Positions 27,447-41,214 are shown, counted from the first letter of the stretch. The stretch: 64,000 bases of DNA from Octopus sinensis (GCF_006345805.1 NC_043005.1:23188001-23252000), one strand, 5' to 3'. The notes: generated from the sequence alone by a model not told the origin. Translations and numbers: made by a program.

Positions 27447-27639
27447 GATCGTGTACGTTTTTCTCATTTTGGGCTTGCCTTCATTAAGAATTAGCACATA
27501 TCAGCAGCATTTCTATATGAAGATGTGACTACGCAGGGTTAAAAAATTTTGATGATTGACATAAACTCAACACAAAGAAAAAGCTCTTTTCATATAAATA
27601 AGTGAGTGTATCCATACATACATACATACATACATATAT

Positions 27640-27815
27640 TCTTTTGTTTCAGTTATTTGACTGCGGCCATGCTGGAGCACCGCTTTGAAGGATCTATTTA
27701 GTCGAACAAATCGACCTTAGTACTTATTCTATCGGTCTGTTTTGCCGAACCGCTAAGTTATGGGGACATAAACACACCAGCATCGGTTGTCAAGCAATGG
27801 TATGTGGGGACAAAC
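27640..27815 (-). mobile_element. SINE family A, 3' half
   Basis: Reverse complement of the GGTGCTCCAGCATGGCCGCAGTC tail. Confidence 0.8.
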
Positions 27816-27864
27816 ACACACACACACACGCGCACACACGCACACACACACACACGCACGCACG

Positions 27865-27919
<55 letters not shown>

Positions 27920-27929
27920 CTGAGAATGT

Positions 27930-28415
27930 GTGTCTGTCTGTCTGTGTGAATCCCTAAAACTTGAGAACTACACAACCAATTTCATTCAAATTTTACACAT
28001 GCCTTACTTAGGGTCCATGTAGTGTCATGGGCAAAAGAAAGTTTGGATCGTTTCGGTTTTTTAAAATAATTTCTATGTAACTAAAAAATTTTTAACTTTG
28101 TATACTGGTAGAATGTGTTTATAAAACATCTTTTTCTCTTGGCTTTCTTGAGAAAATTCTGTAGTTTGTAAGATATTTGGTCTGTAATTTCTTTCATTTC
28201 GGCAATTTCAACCAATCAATGACGTCTATTGAGGTGAAAACAATATCTGCCGAAGTCTGTCAACAGCAATTTTTTGCGGTGTCATATGAAAATGTCCCTA
28301 AGAAACAAATTAGGTTTATTTACATTTCTGAAGAAAAAAAAGATACCCTTCCCTCACCCCTAACCCTAAACCTAACTAACCCTCCCCACCTTCCATATAT
28401 ATATATATATATATA
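27930..28415. mobile_element. Helentron-like non-autonomous element with (TGTC)n start
   Basis: (TGTC)n followed by ...CAACCAATTTCATTCAAATTTTACAC; shares ACTGGTAGAATGTG..TATAAAAC with 46880-46910. Confidence 0.45.
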
Positions 28416-29392
28416 TAAAACACCCTAATGGGGGCCTTAACTCCCAAATTTTAGTCATTTCTTTTATGATCCAAAACTAGGTCAAAAGTACTGAATGGAT
28501 CTTTATGAAATTTGGAATTTATATTCTATGCATAAGGGCCATAACCCCATGACAATTCATATATTTTTGCTATTGATGAAATTTTAACCATAGATATTAG
28601 GCACAAATGAAGTAATATTTATAAAATTTCATCTTCTTACAAGTTAGAAAGACCCTCCATGGCGATGTAACACCCACAATTTTGTCATTTTATCTAAGCA
28701 AAGACAAATACAGTTGTACTCTTGGAAGCTGTAGGGTTACCCGAGCATAAAAGACGAGCATTATTTATAATTCAATGATACAACAGTGTAACAGTTTGCT
28801 TTGACATACACTTAGATTGTGATTTCTGCAATTGCCTCCACTGATCCAGTTGCAACGTGTTGAGTAAAGTTATTTGATTGCAGACCTCCTTTCAGTGTTT
28901 TTATTATCACTGGGTCACACATAGTCCCCAGATGGTAACATTGATTCCAAGACCTTCCCAGATGAGTGACTGGTTATTCAAAGACATTTATAGATTATAA
29001 ATTTATTCTGTCCAGTTACGTATCTGTATAGTGGTCATTTACAAACTTCAACTTTCATTTCTCCTTAGCCCTCATGTCACACAGTTGTTAATGTTTATTT
29101 CAGTTGGGTCACGCCCTTTCAATTGCGATAAATTCGTAATGCATCTTATGGCTATGCCTGTCACCTTGATGGTGAGGAATCCTACATTGGGAGTGGTAAC
29201 GACTAGGGTAGGGTAGCTGACTGCTTATTGTGATCATTTGTCTTTTGGTTTCCAGTAGTTTTGCTCTCTTTTACAAACCCAATGAACATATATTTCCTAT
29301 TTCAAAGAAATTCAAACAATAGATATAAGACCCAAGTTAAAAAGATTCTCAACAATTCAACTTCTCTGCTTTACATTAAGACACCCTCACAA

Positions 29393-29468
<76 letters not shown>

Positions 29469-29475
29469 CATATAT

Positions 29476-29632
29476 ACGACAGGCGTCTTTCAGTTTCCGT
29501 CTACCAAATCCACTCACAAGGCATTGGTCGGCCCGGGGCTATAGCAGAAGACACTTGCCCAAGATGCCACGCAGTGGGACTGAACCCGGAACCATGTGGT
29601 TGGTTAGGAAGCTACTTACCACACAGCCACTC
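29476..29632 (-). mobile_element. SINE family A, 5' half
   Basis: Near-consensus reverse complement of the family A head, flanked by (TA)n. Confidence 0.85.
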
Positions 29633-29650
29633 CTATATATATGTATATAG

Positions 29651-29767
29651 ACTAGCAGAGATACCCGGCGTTGCCCGTGTTACATGCAATTGAAGAATTA
29701 GACTATATATATTAGAAGGTTTGGAGATGATGTACAGGTATTTTACAGATGATGGTGTATACAGGTG

Positions 29768-29810
<43 letters not shown>

Positions 29811-30340
29811 ACATTGCCAGATAAAACTGGAGCCTGGTGCAGCCTTCTGGCTTCTCAGATCCCCGGTCGAACCGTCCAACCCATGCTAGCATGGAGAACG
29901 GACGTTAAACGATGATGATGATGATATATATATATGACGCACTTCTTTCAGTTTCTGTCTGCCAAATCCACTCAACTCTTTGGTCAGGCAGAAGCTATAG
30001 TAGGAGACCCTTCCCAAGGTGTCACACTGTGGGACTGAACTCGGAACCACGTGGTTGGCAAGCAAACGTCTGACTATACAGCGACGAATATATTATGAAA
30101 GGCGACGGAAGGCGTGTGAAGATAGATAAATAAAAAGTATAAGCCAAGGGAAATAACTCATAAGCATTTTTGTTTTTACTAACTTATTTTCCATCCACTT
30201 TTTTTAAATATAGTACATTGATTGCTATCATTTATAGCTGTCTCCACTTCAAGATTCACCCTTATATAATTTTTTATCTTTATTTATATGTATGCAAATT
30301 TATATTTGTAAAAAATTTCGTAACTCTATGTCTAGTATGA
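29651..30340 (+). mobile_element. Second Helentron-like element, interrupted by an RTE tail (~29805-29930) and a SINE A fragment (~29936-30082)
   Basis: ACTAGCAGAGATACCCGGCGTTGCCCG start. AAGGGAAATAACT.ATAAGCATTTTT at ~30147 is shared with ~27081. Confidence 0.5.
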
Positions 30341-30877
30341 AAAATATCTTCATCTATTGATTGGCAGGCTTAGTTAGATTATACTCTGTTGATGAGGGCC
30401 AATTGCTGGAAACATATCCATAGTTGTCTCATGCACATAAACAAAAACCAGATTTTCCTATTCTGAAATACTTCAGAAATTAATTTTCTTGAAATTGTCT
30501 CACCTTTTCCAATATCTAACAACTGTCTCTAGGTTTATACTTTCTTTTTCCAACTAAGAGAGAAGCTTTAAGAGTTTCAGCTTAACAATGATACATTGTT
30601 GGGTGCATAAAATCGTAATTTCCAGCATGTATATTTTCAGTCAGAAATATTTTTACAAAACTGTTGTATGTGGGACTTACTATACTTTTGAGAAATGCTA
30701 AACCATTGTACTATGCTTTTATTTGCATATCTTGGCATCTGAAGCAGCTGCAGATACAATAGTATGACCAAAAGAACCAGCTATTGCAAGCAAAATTAAA
30801 TATTGAAAAAAAAAATGCACTTGGCCAAATTTGGACATACAACAGTTTAACAATAATAGCAACAATATATATATCAC

Positions 30878-32920
30878 CATCATCATCGTTTAATGACCGT
30901 TTTCTGTGCTAGCACGGGTTGGACGGTTCAACCAGGGTCTGGGAAGCCAGGAGGCTGCACCAGGCTCCAGTCTGATCTGGCAGTGTTTCTACAGCTGGAT
31001 GCCCGTCCTAACGCCAACCACTCTGTGAGTGTAGTGGGTCCTTTTTACGTGCCACCGCCACAAGTGGCAGGGGAGACTGGCAGCAGTCACGATCAGTTGG
31101 TACTTTTTATGTGCCACCAGCACAGAAGCCAGTCAAGGCGACGCTGACATCGGCCACGTTCGGATGGTACTTTTTACATGCCACTGGCACAGGTATCACA
31201 ACTACTTTTTCCATTTGATATCCATTTTGATATTGATGTACTTGACTCAATAGGTCTCCTCAAGCACAGCAGGTCATGTGCCACCAACACAGAAGCCAGT
31301 CAAGGCAGCGCTGGCATCGGCCACGTTCGGATGGTGCTTTTTACGTGCCGCCAGCACAGGTATTGTAACTACAATTTCCATTGATATTTATTTTGATATT
31401 GATGTACTTGACTCAATAGGTCTCCTCAAGCACAGCAGGTCACCCTACAATCTAAGGTAAGCACAGCAGGTCGTTCTGCAATCCAAGGTACTTTGGATGA
31501 GCTGGGGCTATGCGAAACTGGTGCAGGAAGCAGCCTGGGTCTTTGCAGTCACAGCATATCTCCAGAGATCTCGGTCTTTCATCATTGCCTCTGTGAGGCC
31601 CAACGTTCGGTCATGCTTGACCACCTCATCCAATGACTTCCTGGGTCTACCTCTACCCCGGATTCCTTCAACTGTTTGGGAGTGGCACTTCTTCACACAT
31701 CTCTCCTCATCCATCTGCAGTACATGACCATACCAGCGCAAACATCTCTCTTGCACACCACATCTAATGGTTCTTATGTCCAGCATTTCTCTCAGGGCGC
31801 TTACACTCTGTCGTGTGTGCACACTGACATTACATATCCAGCGGATCATGCTAGCTTCATTTCTTTCAAGTCTACGCATGTCCTCTGCAGTCACAGCCCA
31901 TGTTTCACTACTGTAAAGCATGGCAGTTCGCATGCAGGCATCATACAATCTACCTTTCACTCTGAGCGAGAGACCCTTTGTCACCAGTAGGTGTAGGAGC
32001 TTTCTAAACTTTGCCCAGTCTATTCTTATTCTAGTGGTGACACTCTCTGAGCATCCACCTCCACTACTAACTTGGTCACCTAGGTAGTGGAAACTATCAA
32101 CTACTTCTAGTTTCTCCCCCTGGAGTGTGATGGAATCTGTTTTCTGAGTATCTGTGGTGTCTATTGCCCCTATACATCTGCCTCACATGAAAGCTATCTT
32201 ATCAGTTAATTTTCCTTTGATGTTGCTGCACCTCTTATGCATCCATAGCTTACACTAGGTACATCTTATGGAGTTTCTACCTACACCTTTCCTACAGATC
32301 GAGTAGGCCACCTCCCCGAGGGGGTGGGTGATGAGTCCGCCTTTCTGCTTTCTATGACTTTGGTCTTTGCTACATTTACTCTAAGGCCCTTTGATTCTAA
32401 ACCTTGCTTCCACACCCGGTAGTGATTCTGCTATGAGGGCCAGGTCATCAGCATAGAGGAGCTCCAAGGGGCAACCCATCTTGAATTCTTCTGTCATTGC
32501 CTGGAGGACTATGATGAATAAAAGGGGACTGAGGGCTGAACCTTGGTGGACACCTACTTCTGCCCAGAAATCTTCACTATACTCATTGCCAATCCTAGCC
32601 TTGCTGACAGCCTCTCTGTATAGGGCCTGTATAGCCCTTATTAACCATTCGTCAATCTCCAGTTTCCGCATTGCCCACCAGATAAGGGATTGGGGGACCC
32701 TGTCAAAGGCTTTCTCCAAGTCCACGAAAGCTATGTAGAGGGGTTTATCTTTAGCTAGGTATTTCTCCTGCAGTTGTCGAACCAGGAATATGGCATCAGT
32801 GGTGCTTCTACCTGGCACAAAACCGAACTGCATCTCATCTAAGCAAACTTTCTCCCTAATGAGATGGGCTATGACCCTCTCTGTGACCTTCATCACCTGA
32901 TCCAACAGTTTAATACCCCT
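30878..32920 (-). mobile_element. 5'-truncated RTE-clade LINE: RT domain, PHD insertion, C-terminus and tandem-repeat 3' UTR; disrupted
   Basis: ORF 32381..32905 has QFGFVPGRSTTDAIF, FVDLEKAFDRV, GVHQGSALSPLLF and LYADDL. ORF 31508..31984 has LRWYGHV and GRGRPRK. (ATG)n tail at ~30880. Confidence 0.95.
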
Positions 32921-33837
32921 GTAGTATATATATATATATAGTAGCTGGCAAATTGTTGTATTTCATATATAAGTAAGGTACAAAATAAGGTACATAATAA
33001 TCACAGATACAAATATTCACATACTTCCCTTGTACATGCATACACATATACACAGGGTTCAAATGCTGTTTGATTTTTCTTCTCAGTGTTGAATATTCAC
33101 CATCCCACTTCCATTGCACACACAACCACACACACAAATATTTACATGACTCCCTTTTATATACACACACACACATCATCATGCAGAGTTGAAATGCTGT
33201 TTGATTTTTTTTTTCACCATAGAACTTCCACCAACCCACTACCAGTTTGCCATCACCCCTTCCTTCCTTATTCATCTATCATCTCTTCCTTTCTCATTCA
33301 TATGTTGTGATGGAGAAATACAGAGGAGTATTATTATAGTAGAAGATATGGAAGGTAAATTAAATTAATATACTTGTTTGACAAGTGTATTAATTTAACA
33401 TAACTATATAGTATATATACTACAGAATCAAACACATGCATCCCTTGTACCTGCACACACATACACACATATACTTACACAGAGTTGAAATGCTGTTTGA
33501 ATTTTCTTTTCAGCATTGAACATTCACCATCCCACTTCCATTGCACACACACACACACACACACAAATACTCACACAGAGTTCAAATGCTGATTTTTTTC
33601 TCACCCCTTCCTTTCTCATTCATATGTGACGGAGAAAAACAGAAGACACATGACGCGCTCTTTACCACTTCCTCTCTCTCATTGCTATTACTTTCTCTCA
33701 TTCCTTCTCAGTCAGGGCTATCATTCTCACTACTTCTCCTTCACTGAATTACTATTTTCTCTGCTCTCCCTTCACTTATACTACTCTTTCTCCTACTCCC
33801 TCCTGCGTGATTTTGGACAAATATATATATATATATA

Positions 33838-34395
33838 GGTCTCACCGAGGAAATGACTAGAGACCGAGACCTATGGAAGTATGCTGTGCATGAGAAGACC
33901 CAGCAGGGATGTAGCCAGTCCACTTATGCATACCTTTCCTTCTTGGGACACAAAACTCTACTTGTGAAGACCTGTTGAGGCAAGTGAGAATCAAAATCAA
34001 TCAGCATCAATGGAAATTGTAGCTGTGATACCAGTCCTGGTGGCACGTAAGCGAACCATCCGAACGTGGCCATTGCCAGCGCCGCCCTGACAGGCCTCCA
34101 TGCTGGTGGCACGTAAAAAGCACCCCCCGAATGTGGTCGTTGCCAGCTTCGCCTGGGCCCCGTGCCGGTGGCACGTAAAAAGCACCATCCGATCGTGGCC
34201 ATTTGCCAGCCTCGTCTGGCACCTGTGCTGGTGGCACGTAAAAAGCACCCACTACACTCATGGAGTGGTTGGCGTTAGGAAGGGCATCCAGCCGTAGAAA
34301 CATTGCCAGATCAGACTGGGCCTGGTGCAGCCTTCTGGCTTCCCAGGCCCCAGTTGAACCGTCCAACCCATGCTAGCATGGAAAGCGGACACTAA

Positions 34396-34436
<41 letters not shown>
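33838..34436 (+). mobile_element. RTE LINE 3' end, little degraded
   Basis: Begins with ORF2 C-terminal codons (RDRDLWKYAVHEKT), then four GGCACGTAA..GC units and a long (GAT)n tail. Confidence 0.9.
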
Positions 34437-34985
34437 ATATATATATATATATATACATATATACAAATTAGAAAAAACCCACCTTTTATCAATTCAGTAA
34501 TGAAAATTTAAATTATACCATTTAGAAAAATTACGTATTGTAGAAAGATTAAATCTAAGATAAAACATATAACGATGATTAAGTAATGTGCAAAACAATA
34601 AATAAAACATATAAATTATATACATATAAATAATAATTTTGGAAGTGTTGGTTGGATATCTGTTGCATGATGTCGCTCGATCGTGTGCATATTTAACCCT
34701 AGCACTTTCAAGTTTTATAATTGGAAATGCTACACTGAAGAGAGAAGTAAGTAATTAAAACACTTTAATCTCAAAACATGTCTGTGACTAATCAGAGTCA
34801 TGTTGATTCATTATTTTTCTCTTTGCCTACCTAAAAAAGTGTGTTACTGTTGTAGAGATTCTTACAGTAGTAGAAAAGGAATTTTTAACTCCTATTTCTA
34901 AATTCGGTATGCGGTGAAGCAATTAGCTGACCCCAAATTATAATTATGTTTATAATTATAGAACATTTGTATATATTTGTATATA

Positions 34986-35358
34986 AGGCAGAGGAGTGGC
35001 TGTGTGGTAAGTAGCTTGTTTACGAACCACATGGTTTCAGGTTCAGTCCCACTGCGTGGCACCTTGGGCAGGTGTCTTCTACTATAGCCTCGGGTTGATA
35101 AAGCCTTGTGAGTGGATTTGGTAGACGGAAACTGAAAGAAGCTCGTCGTATATATGTATATATATATATGTGTGTGTGTCCGTGTTTGCCCCCCCCCCCA
35201 TCGCTTGACAACCGTAACTTACCGGTTCGGCAAAAGCGACTGATAGAATAAGTACTAGGCTTACAAAGAATAAGTCCGGGGGTCGATTCACTTGACTAAA
35301 GGCAGTGCTCCAGCATGGCCACAGTCAAATAACTGAAACAAGTAAAATAGTAAAAATA
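34986..35358 (+). mobile_element. SINE family A, full length
   Basis: GGCAGAGGAGTGGCTGTGTGGTAAGTAGC head through GAAACAAGTAAAATAGT tail. Confidence 0.9.
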
Positions 35359-38189
35359 GTATATACAAATATATAAAAACACTATGCTCATTATTATATT
35401 AGAATATTGAAGAAATTGGAGTCATTATGCAAACTAACAGTTGCATAATCAAATGGCTGTATTCTTGGAGAACTATGTTGCATTGAAACAACTGTAATGA
35501 ATAATAAATAAATGTCTAATTGTACTTCTTCTTGACTCCAATTTCTTCAATTTTACATTCACGCACAATGAATGCCTAAACTTGGAAGTATATAATAATA
35601 CTACCGATAGTACTGGGCAATTCTGATGGTGAATGAGCTTTATACTGTATTCTACCATGTTCCTAACAGAATATAACATAACTATATATATATATATATC
35701 TTATATTAACTTTTTAATACTTTTTGATAGTTATATATATTTAAATTTTTTTTAAATGTTTAAAAAATTTTAATTTTAAAAGTTTAAAAATTTTTTAATT
35801 TATTGATTTAAATTTTTTAAATATTTAAAACAATATAAAAATTTATAAATATAAATTAATAATTTTAAATTTAAATAATTTAAATTTTGAATTTTATATT
35901 TTATATATTTTGTATATTATATTAATTATTTTTATTTTTATGTTTTGGTTTATGTTTTTCACTGTTTGATTTGCATAATAGTGTTTTTATCTCTAATATA
36001 ATTTATATATATATATATATATACTTGAAGTGTACAATATTACATATCCATTATAGCCAACCTTACCAACTGGTTTCACACTAGGAGTTCAGTGAAGCGT
36101 TAGGTAATAGTCCGATTATGTAACCCTGTGCTCTTCAGTGATGGTAGTTATGGAATACAATATGGCAACTGGTCTCTATTGTTGGAGGTGAGCAGAAACA
36201 TGTGGCTGGTGGTTGCTGAGAAAAAGACAATGAAATGAACAGAACAAGAGTTATGTCCCTTGGTACCAAAATGCTATCTCTGGAGGTGTTGCAAGGTGAC
36301 AAGACTTTCCTGGAAAAGAGTGTATGGAATGTGTGCAGTGGTATCATATGTGCAGCATCTTGGGGGTGGGGGACCGGAGGCTGCATACACATTTGTGTTT
36401 GATTCTGTACTTTTTCTTTTATGTTTTCAAGGTTGAGTCTCTCTAAGAAGATGATGAAGAACAGCAATGTTTGGGGACTCATGACCCAGGAGAAGCTCCT
36501 CTGACTTAAGCAAACATAATCAAACAGATGTTGAAAAAAGTAGTATTAATGCAACCTGGGATGTATAATATGTCTACATTTGTGTCTCCCCACAATTTGT
36601 GTGTGTGTGTCTCTCTCTCTCTTTCTCTCTTACCTGCAGACTTGTAGATACAAAGATACAATCACTGTCCTCTTCCACTATTCTCTTCGCTTCCACCCTT
36701 TCACTCTAATCACTGTATCTTTCCCATCACTGTTTCTCTTCTTTCACCCTCTCACCATGGTTCTTTTTCTGGGACCACCCAGTCTTGTATTTACTCTCTT
36801 GATCACGATGCCTTAAACAAATAAAACAATACATATATAATGCAGAAAGTCTTTAATTGCAGCATCAAAAACAGCAAAGTTGCCTTTCACTGGTCTTTTG
36901 CAAGACAACCTCACTTGTGTTATTGTCACAATAAAGTACATTCAGCATATACTCTAAGGTGGTTAGTGAATGAATGGATACAGTGTGGGATTAAGAAGAA
37001 CCATTTAGTCTCAACATGAACATGATGACCTCTCTAGTACTATGTGTCACATGATAAAATACACCCACTTAACTTTTTAAAGTGGTTGGTGTTATGAAGG
37101 GCTTTAGAAAATATGCCAAAATTGGAATATACAAGTGAGATATGGTCACCATGAGTAAGTCACATGTTTCTTCTTCTCCCAAACTGGCTGGCTGACAAAC
37201 AGGTTCTTCACACTTTGTTAAGTGGTTGGCATTAGGAAGGGCATCCAGCGGTAGAAACCATGCTACAACAGACAATTGGAGTTTGGCCAGCTCTATGTCA
37301 AACCGTCCAACCCATGCCAGTACGGAAAGTGGACATTAAACGATGATGATGAAGGGTTAGCAGTAGGGAGGTGTATTCTATTATAATATATTCTATTATT
37401 TGTTCATTACTGTTCAAATGTCAAAATTTGCAAAGACTGTTCCAGACATGATAGCAGAAAATTTAATGAAAAAGCAATTTTTTAAAAATCAATATATAAT
37501 TGAATAATTTTTCAAAATCCATTTTGTCTGTTCAATCATAGAAAAATTGGAATATATATTAAAAAAAAAATGCATCATGTAAACACGATTTTTTTTTTAC
37601 TAATTTGAAGGAGATGGATCTCTAATCAAATTTTTGTAGTGGATTTAATGATGTAGAAAGTACTAAGATTGCAGTGGAAATCAATGGCAGAGGTGGTAGG
37701 ACATAAGCACTAAATGCTAAACAGTATTTTGTTTTGTTCTTCAATGTTCTGAATTCAAATATTGTCAAGCTGTCTTCACAATTCATCTTCCTTCAATTGA
37801 ATACCATTCATATACTGGGGTTGATTCAGTTAACTGCATATCTCTTCTACAAGTTTGTAGCCTGGTACTAATGTTTTATAATTGATGACAATTGAGAATG
37901 ATGGGTGTGTCAATTAAAGAATGGTGAATGGTAGACGTTGAAGAATAAAACTCTTCTATCAATTACCAAACACTGGAACACAAAGTAGTTTAATCATATA
38001 TTACAACACTTTAATGCCTTACAAACAGATATAGCAAGCCAGATCTCACTCGAATTTCACCCTCATTTCTTAAAAAGGACAAATTAGATAATGTATTTCA
38101 AGATAACCTATGCCTAAAAAGTGATTGGATGATCAAGGCTAGAATGCTTATTTTATTTTTGCTCATTCAGGGTTATCTTAGGGTTAAAC

Positions 38190-38499
38190 CAGTGGTTCCC
38201 AAACTTTTTTGGGCTGCCACACCCTTGATACCCAGGCCACATTCCTAGTGGCTCCACCTCAACTAATCATCACAAACATAGACCCGTTTCTGAAGCAAAT
38301 TCAAAGTAACTGTATTTAACAAATAAAACTTAACCTAATGAACCCATTATTTTGTTGTTTTTACGTGAATTGCTACCCCATTATCGCCCCTCTTTTTACA
38401 TGAATCACTACCCTATTATTGCCGCACCTTTCTTCAGTACCCCTTTGGAAATTTCCACCACCCTCAGGGAGACAATATCACTCACTTTGGGAACCACTG
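38190..38499. mobile_element. hAT (Charlie-like) MITE, 310 bp
   Basis: 14-bp TIRs CAGTGGTTCCCAAA / TTTGGGAACCACTG; 8-bp TSD GGTTAAAC / GTTTAAAC (7 of 8 match). Confidence 0.85.
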
Positions 38500-38849
38500 G
38501 TTTAAACATTGACAGCAATAACAGTAACAACAATCTCTTGCTAATATGGTCAGTCATGAACAAACAACCACTGAAAGAGTTCTAGGAAGATCATAAATGT
38601 TGTGGCTGAGCAACAGTAAGAAATGTACAGAGGAGATGACAATGGAAAACATTTACAGAAAAGTTTTATTCTTCGAAGTCTACAATTCATCATCTTTTAA
38701 TTGACACACCCATCGTTCTCAATTATCATCAAATATAAAACATTAGCACCAGGCTACAAACTTGTAGAAGAGATGAGCAGTTAACTAAATCAACCCCAGA
38801 ATATGAATGATATTTAATTGAAAGGAGATGAATAGTGAAGACAACAAAA

Positions 38850-39650
38850 TTGATGTCTGGGATTGATGAAAGGAGAAGGTTGTGCCTCTTGTTGTGAGCT
38901 AATGGATTTTGATTGCCTTGGTAGCAAAATTAACATAGAGTTGGACAAAATGTCTTGCCAATACTATTTTTTAGAGCTCTTTCACATTCTGTGGTCAAAT
39001 TCTTCCACATTAGACTTTGCCTTTTATTCTTCAAAGGTTGATGAAATAACCGCCTTACAAACACTTTGGGTGAATGGCTATACCACTCGCCCAAATCTCT
39101 GTTAAATTTATCACAAGATCAACTCATCATCTTCCTTTGGAAAGAAAAATGGGTAGTTTTCATCTCTAGTGGGTGTAATGAAAGAAATTGTGAGGTGGAC
39201 AAGGTTGAAATGCTTGAGGATAGATATTTTCTTTCTCAGGCCAAATCCTCATCAACTTTTTCAAATATCATTCGAAGGAGAAGGTAAGTGTAGACTGAGA
39301 GATACTGATCTTTAGTGTATTTTATGAAGTTTATGGTGAGTGAGAGTGGTAAAACTGCCATGGTTAAATGAACTTACACCATGTGCTTGCAGACAGGTGG
39401 CAAAACTGGGATAAAGCACTGGCCTTTGTGATCCAGGTTGAATCATCATTAGTGGACGCCCATCCTTCTTTTAAAGGGTTTTTCTTGTCTTTATTTTGCT
39501 GTTCTGTGCTGTTAGTCTTGTTAGTGTTGTTCTGTGCTCTTATTTAATACCTATTTATGTATGTTTTCACTGTATTTGTTGATCATATTTTTTTTACTTA
39601 TGTAAACTCACCACTATTTCTCGTTTCTCTCTTTTTTTTTGGTATTTTAC
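38850..39650 (+). mobile_element. L1/Tx1-clade LINE 3' remnant
   Basis: From ~39240 reads QILINFFKYHSKEKVSVD*EIL, matching the ORF2 C-terminus I recall for this family (FFKYHLKRKVRVERE). Confidence 0.6.
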
Positions 39651-41214
39651 CTTGGCACTATCCCAACGTCTTCAGTCTTTGTGGCCACTGAAGTCGTCGT
39701 CATCATCATTATTATCATCATCATTATTCAGAAGAAAATGGAATCAATAGTTCCAGACAAAATTTTGTAATATTCAATTTATCTCCCTTTACATTCTTGG
39801 TTCAAATCCCGCTGGAGTTGAATTTTCCTTTGATCCTTCTAGGGCCAATAAAGCAAATACTTATCAAGTTCTCAGTTTTGATTCAATCTACTTAAACCTC
39901 CTTTAAAACTATATAGCATTATGTCAATATCAGAAATCATTACAGAGAAAATCGTAGCAATTGTTATAGTTAATGTTGGCAGACGTTTAGAGAGTGTTAG
40001 CATCACCTTGTAACTTGAGTAAAATGTAATTTCGGAGAATTTTATATAGAATTTCTGGTATAGTATTTCATCTATTTATATATAAATCTAAAAGAGTTAC
40101 ATGTCGCTGTGGGATCTCATGCACCATTGGACTGTCAGTGATACATTCTGCTGAGGGACGCACACCACAAACAGCTTTTTGGCTTGTACTGTTTCTCAGT
40201 ATTTATAATATATAGAAACAGTATAAGCTAACGAGGGAGCATCTACATAGTCATTCAGCTTGCTAGAAATAGCAGTCAAATCTCTTTCAAATTACATTTT
40301 GTCTTAAAAAAAGGATACATTTGATAATGTTGTCCTGGATTCTCTGTATATAGGAAAAAGATAGGATGATCACAGCTAGAGTGTCTTTGGTCAAAGTCTG
40401 CTTGATCAGGACTGCTATATCGTAACCCATACAAAATAATAACAGCATCAATAACTTGATTAGTTTCAAATACTGTGCTGGGGTGTACATCATCAGTAAT
40501 AAGTACAAAAGCACAAAACTGTTTTGAGTGAATCCACCTTATCTACTTCTGCTGTTACTCTACCTGCTAGAAAGAGCAGTTAAATTTCCTACAAATTACA
40601 TGCTACCATCTTAAAAAAGGAAGAGCATTAGAGAATGCACATGAGACAACATTGGGATGTTCATGATTGAAATGCTTTTGATTGTATGTGTGCTCAGTCT
40701 GGGCTGAACTGAAGGTAAATTGCTACAACTGGACATATATTGGACAAACAACAAATAACAACAACAACAAACTTATACACTGCATAATGTCTGAAATAAA
40801 AATGGGATGATCATAGCTGGATTGCGTTTGATCACAGATCTGCTTAATCAGGCTTGGTCTGAATTAAGCTACAACAGCCATAGACAAGTTTTGGATAATG
40901 TAGTTCTGAACACACTGTCATTGAAAGACAAAAAAAAAAAATGGGATGGTCAGGGAAGGAACAATTACGATTTTCATCATGTGTCTGTTAGATCAGGGCT
41001 GACGGAGGGAGAGGTGGGGGCTGCTAACACAGAAACACTGAGTGGTGGAAAATAGGCAACATGCTTCAAATGTCATATTGTACTTCTTAATGATAACAAC
41101 TGCATGTCTAAGTGGTTGCCAACAATGCAAAGGCATTGTATATTGAGAGTTACAGAATCTGTGAATCCCACTCAGTTGTCTAACCAGTAACTTAATGCAC
41201 TATGATGATATATA

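Noticed and set aside
28826-29171. Candidate exons on both strands (plus 28884-28934 and 29104-29171; minus ORF ending ...AIAEITI*)
   Set aside because: The plus pair cannot be joined without stops, and the minus ORF has a weak acceptor and no recognisable homology.
31020-31350. CRISPR-like spaced repeats (GGTGCTTTTTACGTGCC)
   Set aside because: Eukaryotic DNA; the spacers resemble each other and the units belong to the RTE 3' UTR. No cas genes.
34702-36187. Plus-strand micro-exon candidates near 34702-34746 and 36139-36187
   Set aside because: Splice signals are good and a joined frame is open, but the peptide is unrecognisable and no start or further exons support a gene.
39240-39289. Apparent 44-nt plus-strand exon with TTTCTCAG acceptor and AAG|GTAAGT donor
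   Set aside because: The sequence reads through as the L1/Tx1 ORF2 C-terminus (QILINFFKYHSKEKVSV), so the splice signals are probably coincidental; exonisation is not excluded.
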